A DNA stretch of 64,000 bases from Klebsormidium nitens. Its lineage: Eukaryota > Plantae > Klebsormidiophyceae. Positions 25,535-36,926 of the stretch are shown piece by piece. Position numbers and translations under genes: made by a program. The stretch lies in assembly GCA_000708835.1 (NCBI GenBank), contig DF237138.1:1-64000 (forward strand), read 5' to 3'. The notes beneath the pieces were generated by a model. It searched no databases and was not told the origin of the DNA. It saw only the letters and a list, made by a program, of their open reading frames with translations. How positions within the stretch are numbered: position 1 is the stretch's first letter; each line of letters opens with the position of its first letter.

Positions 25535-27987
25535 TTACTCTGAAGATCCGCTTGCTTTGGAATCCTCGTTTTCCGACTGGGCTTCCCGGATGAGATCGTT
25601 CATCATTTGTTCCGTTGTCTGTACGAAACAAAGGTAATGACGTTTTTACAATGCTTGCAAAGGTAGTGGAGCGCTACATACCACTTTGGGATCAATCCTT
25701 CGATCTGCTCCGGACCAGATCAGTCTGTGGAAAGTAGTCTGACAAGCAGCTTAAGTTCGCATACTAAGTGCCTCCACCACGAACATACTCAATGCAGGCA
25801 TGTCCAGAGCTGCGATCGGATTGCAACACTCAGGTAGGATTGCGCAGTATCCCTGCACTCCAACCGACCAAGAGGCGTACATTGACTGATGCTGAAACTA
25901 GTGGCAGTGCAAAAGTGAAGCTTACAAGCAGGTTAAAACAGCAAATAAGGCGACTTTCAATCTAGACTAATCCAAATCAACCCGAGACAGTTTTCTAGGC
26001 ACAATATGCTGACTATAACATTGAACTCAGGCCTTGGAGGGGGAAGAAAGGTGGCTCGATTAGCGAAGAGCCAGTCAGCTTACGAGGATGCAAAACGTTC
26101 AAGAACAACCAAGTCAAAGACGAGGAGTAGTTACTCAAAGATGGATTAACCATTTAATGCACAGGTGTTCGGATAAAAAGACTCTCACCCCTGGCACCAG
26201 TCGCTTGATCAAGATATCGGAGCCTGGAATGCGAATGCCCAACTGGAAGAGCTGGTCAAGCTTAACCTGCATCAAAGAGCAGCAAAGACAGCAATGACTG
26301 TACTGAAAGCACGTTGAAAAACAAGCTCCTCTTGAAGCTTTTGCCCTTACAGCAAAAGGGGAGCTCAGATTTCTTCGAAAATTCAGGACCAAAGCGCATC
26401 TGTTTGACACAAGAAGACCCCAACGTCAAGTAAACAGAATGCTTTCAAGAGCGAGGGTTACCGTAACCTTTTTGGCTTTCGTTTTCATAGTAAGGCATTG
26501 TATCCTGGTACTCTCGCTCTCTCTCTCGACGAAAACTCTGAATTGGTCCAGACTAGACATTACGATAGGACGTCGAAGTGCCGAGCAAGACTCCCCCTGC
26601 AGAGATGACAACTAGAGTGGGTCGAAAGCGAGTCCGTCACCTACTCTGGCACACTGCCCCCCATTGCAGTCGGCATCCTCAACCTGCCACCGACCATCAA
26701 ACACGCGCATAAAACCTGGGCGCATCAGCTTGAAATACTGCCGCCCCTCCTTTGGATAATTCTCATACAGAAGGCGCGTCGCAACGCTGCCCTTGAACCA
26801 GAGGACACGGTACCACTGATGCCGGTCCATCTCGAACCTGGTGAAGTCTGCGGAGATGAATCACGTCTCAGCAACCGACTGCGATTTATGGAGGTGTTAC
26901 CTCCATTTGGAGAGCAGTAAGTTTAATTGACATCCTCTTGAAGTAATGAACTGTCCCAGCAAAGTTTCAAACTGCAGATCTTTCTACCTTCAGCTGAAAC
27001 AGAGTGATTAATAAGAGGATTTGCAGCATTGTCAAAGTCGCAAGAACACGGAAAGACCTGGAAAGCGTGAAGAAGTGCCGCATTGAGATTGCACTGTAAA
27101 TGGCACTCAAGTAGCAGGGAGCCTTTCTCAAGGCTCAAGTTCACATTCAAGAACATATTGACAATCAACATTGTGAAAATATCTGGGCATCCTGCAAAGT
27201 TCCCCCTTTTTTGCGCAAAGGGCATCTTCTTGCAAGGGGACTGCAGCTTGGATTCTGATGATTAAATTTTACGAGACTCTTCCATACAGATCTCAAAATG
27301 TCAATCTGTTGGCTGATTGCCACGGTCAACTAGCTTCTGTTACTGCCAGTGGTTCGAGCAAGTTTTGCCACCAGATTACTCAAAGAATGGTGGCAAGTGC
27401 CTGTGCATGCATGCAAGGATGGAATGCCAGACGTTTTGCCACGATCTCAACACTGTTCGAGGTCAATTTGTGCGTGAGGAATCAGGCAAAAAGATTCATG
27501 CCAGTACAAAGAGCTGAGGAAGCCTTAGTGTTGGGTAGACGCAAAAAGCCAGACCGTGACATTTCGCAATATGATTGTAAAATCAGTGGCCCAAAAGTAG
27601 CACAAGAGAAGGTCACCAGAAAAACTGCAGTGTCTCTCCAGAATGTGCTAACAGAAGATCTTAAGCACTAGTGTCAGCATTCTAGCACCACCATCACAGT
27701 ATCAAATCCCTGCAATCACTTGTATCAGGTTCCAAAGGATCTCACAACATCTCAAAGAAGCTCAGATACTCACCTTTCTGCTTGTCCTCATCCAGAACTT
27801 CCATATCACTGTACCCCTTGAAGTTGCTGAACACCCTGGTTGATAAATCCGGGTCAGAGATGATTTTAAAGACCCTTTCTTTAGTCAAAGGGACCAGAAA
27901 CTCAATTGAAAGATTCCAGAGATTGGTCTCTTTGTCTTTCCAGATTTCTTTCTTTGGAGGGGGCAACTCAGAGGTGTCAGGTACCAT
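25535..27987 (-). CDS. DUF220-like / SRPBCC (START-fold, polyketide cyclase-like) protein, ~192 aa. Exons 27987-27774, 26847-26645, 26266-26189, 25618-25535
   Basis: VPLTKERVFKIISDPD..RVFSNFK; WYRVLWFKGSVATRLLYE; FKLMRPGFMRVFDGRWQVE; VKLDQLFQLG; TTEQMMNDLIREAQ. These resemble plant DUF220 proteins; the exons are phase-consistent. Confidence 0.78.
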
Positions 27988-28386
27988 GATGAAAGCCGAG
28001 AAGATAAGAGTTCCAAACTAGTGGTGCTTGAGTAGTCGCAACTAACTTCCGTGCATGCAACTGATTGTATTGCTCAAAAGTGACGCCGCACCAAATGCCG
28101 CTGTTGAGCCTGCAATAAATCTTCCAAGAGTCCGTCCTGGGAGAGTTGTGATTCTGAGACCAGATTGGTGAGAGAGATGAAGGGAAGAAAGTTGGATGAA
28201 AGGAAAGTGTAAAGCGCTACCTTGCAGACGCGCCCAGCTCAGCTGAGGCAGCATTAGGGTTTGCATGCAATCTAGGGTTCGTTTTTTGCGCCCCTCTTCT
28301 TTAGCACCGTTCGATAAGCAGAAGGGGAACGCGGACTCATAAGACCCGTCCGATAGCAACGACATTCGACCATGGTTGGTTGCAGC

Positions 28387-28584
28387 ACTCCGATAACTCA
28401 TGTGTGACCTAAGCGCCGTGTGACCTAAGATAGGCACCCGGGGGACGGGTGGGGTTGGTATGGTGGTTAGGGTGGGTTAGGGTGCGGAGCGGGTGATTAA
28501 TTGTGTTAGGTTTTTAGTTTGATGTGCCCGGGTAACTCGTATCTTAGGTCACACGCCCGTTAGGTCACACGAGAGTTACCGCTA
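28387..28584. mobile_element. MITE (~198 bp) with ~45-bp imperfect TIRs and a 9-10-bp flanking direct repeat
   Basis: Left cgataactcatgtgtgacctaagcgccgtgtgacctaagata is inverted to right tatcttaggtcacacgcccgttaggtcacacgagagttaccg. TGGTTGCAGC occurs at 28377-28386 and 28585-28594. Confidence 0.75.
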
Positions 28585-30112
28585 TGGTTGCAGCTAATCT
28601 GCTTTGTCCACGCGGCCAAACCTTCCCGAGGCTTCGCGCGCGGCCGCTACGCGCGGGTATCGAGAACGGAGCGCGGCCGCGCGAACCGCGCCCGGCAGAG
28701 AGCGAGTAAGCGTCTAAGCGCAAACGGAGCTAATCTGTGCAATAGTGTTCTCATGGCTCTCTGGACATCATGTTTCGGAACGTGCATATGCGCTTTGATA
28801 CCCAGCTCGCCGTCAACAAACTCAGAGAGCATTGATCAACGGGCCGTGGACTATTGAAACTAGTCAACAATGTGTCAACAATATGTGCCAGGCCTTAGCT
28901 GCGCACCCATCGACTGACTCACTGCACAACACAAACAGAAACAAATGTACGTACAGCTCTTTGCGTCGAACCTGCTATTGACTCCCAGATAGTCCGAGCG
29001 TAATTCTTAATCATGAAATGTCTGAACATCGTCCGACGACATTGGGAATGGCTCAAGATCATGAAGTGCCGTGCTCGGAAAGTTGGAACCCGATGGCAAA
29101 TCTGACGCAAACGGCTGTAAATGGCGGCAGGGAAGTTATGTGTCCATCAAATTTCAAAATCAGCCTACATCACACAGCGAAGAGCGCTCCAACGAGCTAG
29201 CCAAACCGTCGGGAGCCGAACGCGAAAAGGCACTTTTGAGTCCTCGCAAGTCAATAAGCCTTCTGACCTTCTGGGGACCTTCTGACCTTCCCGCTAGGCG
29301 GATACGCATGCAGACACATCCGTAACCCGTGAAGCATGCTCTAATTTGTCCCGGCCCCTCAGGGTAGATCAATATGGTGCATAGTGTCTCAAGGCTACCG
29401 AGACTACCAGGACATAAAATCTAGGCGAGAGTAACAGATTGAATCGAGTCAGGAAAAACTGCCAGTACGCAGTTTGTAATGTACAGTACTGGTCGACAGT
29501 TACTAGGCTCCTTTGCCAGCACAAAGCCTTCCGTCTGGAGGTCGCTCGCTGGGCACATTGAACTTTCCCCTTGAACGGGGTTGCAGAGATTAGTAAGGTG
29601 GTCATCTTGTCTATATAACCAGTCGTGACATTGGGCACTCACAGTTGGCAAAATCGTTCGTCTCACATACATGACGTACACTCCAAATCTGCAATTTGAC
29701 AGCGGATTGAGACCCATATTGGACCATTCATGTATCGATCTTAAAAGCGCCATTTGAAAACCATTCATGGGTGCCTATGGCACCCAAAGAGTGCGAAGTC
29801 TCTTTCCTACTTTTAGCGTCTCTGCTACTTCCTTCTTGGCGGATAAAATGCCTCCGAATGAGTTGACGCTTCGCCGTCCCTTTTTCCGCTGATCTTTCTA
29901 CACATCATACAGCCTGTTCAATCTCACCGGTAAGTTTCGACCCGATGCTTTGGCTTAATGCATACACTGGGTTTGCGATCCCCTGATAAACCTTCCTCTC
30001 TTCCCACCAGATCTCGCCCGCCACATCTGCGCCTATGCTTTTCGATTCCGAACGACCCACGATTCCGGTGAGACTGTCAAAAAGAAACCCCCAAGATTCC
30101 GCACTGTACATC

Positions 30113-33100
30113 TCACACCACCGGAATGGTCCTCGGCGGCTCCTTCGGCGCCTCCCTGCCCTTGGTCTCCTGCTGCTCGGTCGCCCTCTTTCCGAAGCCC
30201 GCGGGACTTCCGGCGGAAACCCCGGGCGGAAGCACGGAAGTCGGCGACTCGAGGTCTGAAGTCTCTCGGGCGTCCGCTCCCGGCGAGGGCGGAGTCTGGA
30301 CGGAATACCGGTCGGTCACCGGAATGGTGATGACGTCAGGCTTGCGCGGGGTCGGGGGCGGGCGCTTGGGGACGGTAACGTGAAGGACGCCGTCGCTGGA
30401 ACATGGAGGCGGATAGCTTACGAGAGACGAGATAAAAGTACCTTCTGCAATCGGGGAGCGCGGAAAGAGGTGCATACGAGGAAAGGAGACGCCAAAGAGG
30501 CCGCAAGCGATAACTCCGACGAAGCGGAGACGCCGTATCGCGTATGGAAGCCCAAGAACAGTACGAGACGGAAACAAAGCTGGAGCCCAGTAAAGATTTC
30601 AAAGCGATTTGAAGAGATATGCTGACAGGAAGGGAAGTGCATTTAGCCCCACAAATGGTGATGCCCGTTCCCTTCGGAGGACGCTGTCAGGCATGTATTT
30701 GAAAAATCTTCATCTGGAGGACCGAAAGCGCAGATTCGAATCGTGCGCAGAGTCTGCTTGAACCTAGAACTTGCACGGATCCGATACTAATCTCGACCTG
30801 AGGCCCCGTTAATTAACGGCATCCGTGGGCAGCTTGGACTCGAATACAAAGTCGACCGCTAGAGTATCCTCGTGCATGAAACAGAACCGTTCAAAACCTC
30901 TACGAAACATGGTTTTCAAAAACGAAGAGGTTATTCTTGAGTAGAGTTGGGCCCTGTCCTGCTCGACCATCTGAAACATCGAGATGTGAAGCTCGCGGAC
31001 CCCTGGTTTTGGTACTACCAAACCAAAACAAAGGAAAGAAGAGTAAAAATCATACAACAAGCCGAAGAATAAACCTGCAGGTGAAAAAAACTGCGTCCTT
31101 GGGCGCACAAGAGCAGCCTGGGATTTAAAAAGTGGTTGACCAAAAACTCAACTTTCCTAATGCCTACCTACTTCCCGCTCTGACGAACTCCAGCGCTCTA
31201 AACCACTCTCTTAATGCCACGCTAGATCCGTATCCTAAGCAATAACCCTAATCATAACCCTTCTTCTGACAACAGCCCACCTGCAGATGGAGTAGGCCCT
31301 GTTCGGTTCCGCAGGTGCGAATCGTACGAAGTCGCCCCTTGTAGAACCACTTTATCTTAACCCGAGCGATAATCCTACTTTTGCGCCCGCGGGCAGCTTG
31401 AACTTGCGGACAAAAGTGAAGCTCTGGCGCTCATTGTCGAACCACTGGTTACTAAACCATAACCACGATTCTGGTTATTGCAATGCTTGTGAATTTGGGT
31501 TAAGAGCTAACCTGTAGGTGGAGTAGGCCCTGTCCGGCTCCGCGTCCGCGGGCAGCTTGAACTTGCGGACGAAGGTGCCGCTCTGCCGCTCCTTGCGCTT
31601 CACCTTCACGTCGCGCTCCAGCATCAGGCTGTCCGGCAGCTTCACGCCGCTGATCGTCAGGTGCCGCTTCGCCACCTGGAAACGGGTCAAAAACTTGGTT
31701 AGGCACTTTAGTTTTGTTCTCCGCTGCCTTGATAACTTCCGTTGTGGGTGGTTTCGATTACTGTTCTGGCAGCCATGCCGCGAGTGTGAATGTACTCCCC
31801 GCCACTGGTCGTCAGGTGACGCCTCTCCACCTGAAATAAGGTCAAGACAAACGAGATAGAGCTGGGTTGGAGAACTTGCTGACCGGTGGAAACGCCCAGA
31901 ACTCGCTTGACCCTAAGGTTCTGAGACTAGGACTTCAGAAGGGCTCTAGCGTCAGGCTGTTTGGCAGCTTCACGCCGCGAATCGTCAGGTGACGCTTCTC
32001 CACCTGGAATCGGATAAGGGTTATGATATCGACAAAGGGTTTTACGGTCAGGGTAGAGGCTTCAGCAGCAAACGTGGCACTCCTTCATAATCCAACGTTA
32101 ATCACAATCAAAAGTTCTTGGATGAGTAACGAGTCGTAACTATTGTCAAAGTGGGTATCTGGCCTTTTCTTTTGCTGAGTTACGACGGAAAAAACGTGGT
32201 CTGCAGCAAGATCCACAAGGAAAGATGAACAATCTTGACCTTGTTTTTTTCCATCCAACACGAAATTTGAACCCTCATGAAAAGAGTTCAGGTTCGAGTC
32301 GAGAGGTCAAAACTGTGTGGCTATTAGGCCCTGAGAATGATTTCTCGCCACGTAAAACTGAAGACGAGTCACTGAATTTCTCAAAGATCAGAAGGTGCGT
32401 TTCTCCATGAGCACATATACTCAAACGTGATGGGCTCAGCGTTGGACAAGAGATTTGCAATCCGGTGGTCCGGGTCTTCCGAATTCATCGCCCCGCCATT
32501 CCCGTTCTAATACATGACCCCTGTTACGTTTGACGCGCATGATTCGACGACTTATGCACGTCGTGTGCAACTTTACAGATGAAGAAGACAGCCAGAAGAG
32601 TTTCGCAAGTGACGTCGTGTGAACAGCGGGACCGCACCATCTTTGCTTTGCAAGAAGCGGTTCAAACATCGACAGCACGTCGAATGTAAGCCAAGCGTCA
32701 GCTAATTGGCCACGCATGCTTAGCTGAATACGTTTCTTAAAGCAATCTGGCTCAGACAGACGAAGGCTTCAATTGAAGCGGTGCGTCTTTAGAAGCATCA
32801 ACGAGCCTTTTTCGTCTTTGCCCCCGTAACGATCTCAACAGAAAGGCCAGAATTACCAACCCGGTCGTCACACTCAACGCGACAAATCACCCACTTCGCT
32901 GAAGCCTTCCGCAAACATCATTGACTCCAGAAAATTGTCGCCTTCAGTTTCTTTGATGAGACGTGGATTTTGAAGGTCCCACTTTCTACTGCACATCAGA
33001 AACGTTTCAACCATACCAATTCAGATTTCTGTTGTAGCCAGATTGTACGAGCGGCGCTTCGAGACGCGCAGCGCCCGTGAATGATTGACAAGCAGTGGCC

Positions 33101-35337
33101 GGTTGACAAAAATGCACTGCGCACACGCATGGGCTCTGGAACCAGCATCATTTGGTACTGCCGTTCGCTATACGCGATGGCAGCAGTGGTTACCGTCCAT
33201 CTTTGCCAAACATCATCCAATAATCAAACGCAAAGAGGTGCTCCAAATTGACAGATTGAGACCCGACCGTGGCAAGGTACTCAAGTGACGGATGCGTAGA
33301 ATCATAATTTGTCTGTCAGCTTCAGTCTGAATATCGACAACGCACCTCCCGTTGAACGAACAGAAAGTAGGGATAGTCGCTCAGGTTGACCTCCAAGCGC
33401 CATCGGTGCCGGATCCTATGACTGACATCGTAGAATTCCACAGAGGTCCGTCAACCGTACCGACGGCAGTCGCACGTCTGAAAACCATCTCGCTATTGGC
33501 AAATGGTCATGATCAATGGTCTAAGGGACAGGCGCGTTTCATTATTGCTATCACAAAGCCGATTCCATGTTCACACAAACAAGCACGGGGAAATCGGATA
33601 CTGATAGTCCTCATGCTAACTTTGAGCAAGATACGAATAGCTGTGAAATCAGCATTGTCGACTCCAACTGTTGAAGCCTTGCTAACCGGGTTCGATGTCA
33701 CATGTGCGAATAAACTCGCATCTGATCAGCTTACTGGGTCTGCAAAGTTGTCCGTTCTAACGTTCTGGTTAAGAAACATCTTAGTTGACCCTTGCCTCCA
33801 TTCTCGTGGCGTCTCATTTGATCCCCGGCGGCCGGTGAAAACATTTTTGAAGATTCTGCGAATTGGTTTCAAACTTGGTCGAACTTAAACGGTTCCTCAA
33901 TCCCTCACCTCCACTTCCATGGCGTCCCGGTCGATCCCCGGTACGTCCACCGTGAAGTGGCCCGGGTATTCCGTTCTAGTGACGACGAAGATAACCGGGC
34001 CAAATCTGTAAAATCAAGCATCTCAAACCCGGCGAGCTAAAACAGAAATCCTTAACCCTCACCTCCACTTTCATGGCGTCCCGGTCGATCCCCGGGGCGT
34101 CGATCGCGAAGTGCGTCCCCTGGCGCGTCTCGACCACGTCCACCGGGACCCTCACGAACCGGGGCTCCGTGTCGGTCTCGGTTTCGGTCTCCTGCTCCTG
34201 CTCCGACCCGGCCTGCTCCTGCCCGGGGGATCCGTCTTCCGGGCCGGTGTCGAGGGATCCCGCTGGGAAGATGATGACGCCAGCCTCCTGGCTCAAAGGA
34301 ACCTCCTGTCAGGCGAACCAAGAATCGACTTCGATACTTCAAGAGGGGACAGAAATTGTGAGTACAGCTTAGACTTGAAACTCGAGCAGCCCAGGAAGTC
34401 TTTCGGGAGGCTTCACGTCCGTGTTTCGCGACTGGCGTGATTGTCTACACTCTATCATGCATGCCGGTCCACCATATGTACGGACGGAAGGCAATTTATC
34501 GAACCGTCGGTGAGACATCTTTAGATGCTAAATGTTTGTTCAGTCAGAATTCAAGGTTACAACGTAGTCTAGCAGGTCAAAATCCAAACAAGAGACCTGA
34601 ACGACCATCATGTTACCGTTCTGATTCAATCTGACAAAATCAGAAAGGTAGCTAGACTGGACCCCATATGGGCAATCAGAACGTGACACACAATTTGGAT
34701 GTGGAGGGAAAACAAAAGATGAACGCGTTTGCATGCACGAAGCCTTTCCTGGTTTCTATCTGTTTCAAATCTACTGAATCTCCCTCAAAAAGAAGGATAC
34801 ACTGGACGGCATTTTGTAGCCACATGCTGCATGCATTCTCTTGCTAAGCAAGTCCTCCTTGAAACTTGCTTTGAATCTTCTTTGGCCATCTTGTTCCTTC
34901 TTCACATTCTTCCGAATCCAGATAGGATGGAGATTGTATCAACTTTGCTCGACAAAATGTTCCATAATGAAGGAGCATGCTGAACCGATTCGCAAGTCCT
35001 TCAGACCCCAATCTTCAAGACAGACTTTCGCCCCTCAGCTTTACAACCTTGAATGCAGCACCACTAAAGCTCAGAATGACGAGAGCTAGAAGATCTCAAA
35101 GGTCGAAGCACGACTTAGAAGCCTCACGGCTTTGCACCTCCTCACCTCCTGCTTATCCTCCCGCGCGTGCTGCGCGCGCTTCCTCTGCTTCTTGCGCTTC
35201 TTGCGCGTCGGCTGCCCCGCGCCGCGCGCGCTGGGCGCGACGGGGCCGCACGCGCACGTCGGGTCCAGGAACGCGCTCAGCTCCTCCCCGAGCGCGTCGA
35301 GGTCCTCTCCGATCAGGACGTCCAGCAGAGAATCCAT
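30113..35337 (-). CDS. Small heat shock protein (HSP20/alpha-crystallin domain), ~287 aa. Exons 35337-35146, 34287-34063, 31675-31512, 30395-30113
   Basis: ACD motifs VPVDVVET..THFAIDAPGIDRDAMKVEV, LTISG, ERQSGTFVRKFKLPADA, DGVLHVTVPK. GT-AG introns are phase-consistent. Confidence 0.9.
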
Positions 35338-36926
35338 GCGGCCGGTGGGGTCCGCCGGGCACGAGCTTTGCGCGCGCGCGTAGAGCGCAAGGCGGAACGA
35401 ACCTTCAAGCACGCTCTTAAAGCGCCTCAATTTTGAATGCAGCGCCACAGCAAGGGAGATTGGCGAAGCTCAGAAGCTCCTTTGAAGCAGCTTAAAAGCT
35501 CCTCCACGATTTGGTTGTCGTTCTTCGGCGGACCAAGAAGAACGGAGGAAGGAAGAGACTTTAGCACTTGTCACACAGTCAGCCTGCCGCCTCAAAAGTG
35601 ATCTACAGAACAGCGCGGTCTTATGCGGTCGTTCGGCGAACAAAATCGCTGATCCCACTCAGGCGCGCTGCGCCGACCGAAGAATCTGACCCTCGGGCGC
35701 GCTGCACGTATCTCAATTCAGAGTTGTGCATGCTTCCGGCGCGTGTTGCATGTGGGCTGAAGTTTGAACCTCTGTCAACACACGCCTGACCTTTTGTACA
35801 GCGGAATCAGAGATCGCGTGTCCGCAGCATCTCTCGTCCGCTCTGCCCATGTTTCGGCGACTCGCCAGTGACTTCAAACAAGTCATGAATAGAGCCTGGT
35901 GTCCCTCAACGTCCACAGGAGCAAGCACTTCCACAAGCCCAAGCTTCATTGCGTGCAGTGCAGACAAACGCTTCCATTACTTTAGCTGCCGGTGTACTGT
36001 AGAAGTCGGCCGCCCGCATTTCATGCAAAATTGAGACGAAGATTTATTGTTGCCACGCTAACGCAGTGACATGCGAAGGGCAAGAGCATGTTGCATATGT
36101 ACTGGATGCATTGAGCGAGTATTGGACTAAATACGTACCGTGGAGTCCGGGCGCTACAAGGGCCAGCCTTCCAAAATCACCGGTATGCATGTAAGTAGTG
36201 GCCCTGGTTCAGGGACCACAGGCTCGGTGTACACATGGAGCAAATGACTTCAACGCTCCCATACCACGTGGGTCAGCGGAGCACAAATACATCACTTCTG
36301 AGTTCTGACATCCTTTAATCCGTTCGCAGCCCCAGCTAAGAACTTCGGAACTCGGAATGGCTCATGTCTCAACAGCTCTCGAACAATTTGTAAGTCTGCG
36401 TCATATCTAGAGGCTTCCATTGCATGCGCCTTTCAGTCTGCCGTCAGCGACGCTGGCAAAACCCAGACTTCAGAACACGTATATCTTGAAGTCGTTGAAA
36501 GCTTTACGTTATGGAGGTAGTTCGACCAAAATAGTCAACACAGAAGTATACCTTTGTACCTAACAAGCTCGCCGTGCGCGCACACTTAATGACGTAAACC
36601 GTGTCTAGTGATGACCAAACGTCCAATTCAAGCAGCTAATTTATACTGTTAAACAGTCTAGAATCCCTATCCTGGCGGCTATGCAAACTCTCTTGTCGCA
36701 TGGAGGGAAGTCATGGTCCCAACTCCTACAACGAACGAATCAACTCGTCGACGACAACTAATGCAGGTATTTTGGCAAATCAGCACCAAGCTTATGTAAG
36801 ATTCACTCGCTCTGCTTGTAATAAACTCTCCAATGTACAACGCTCGAAGGCCACAACAAATCTAGTAGTTATACCTTTTAAGAGGCCTCACTCCAATCCC
36901 GCAATGCCAAACTAAGTTCAGAGCGT

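Noticed and set aside
29768-29784. Perfect hairpin gggtgcc-tat-ggcaccc
   Set aside because: Isolated, with no associated element end or gene feature identifiable.
32400-33900. Protein-like fragments and a 178-aa + ORF inside HSP20 intron 2
   Set aside because: Fragments are short, stop-interrupted and match no family I recognise; cannot be supported as a nested gene or TE without a search.
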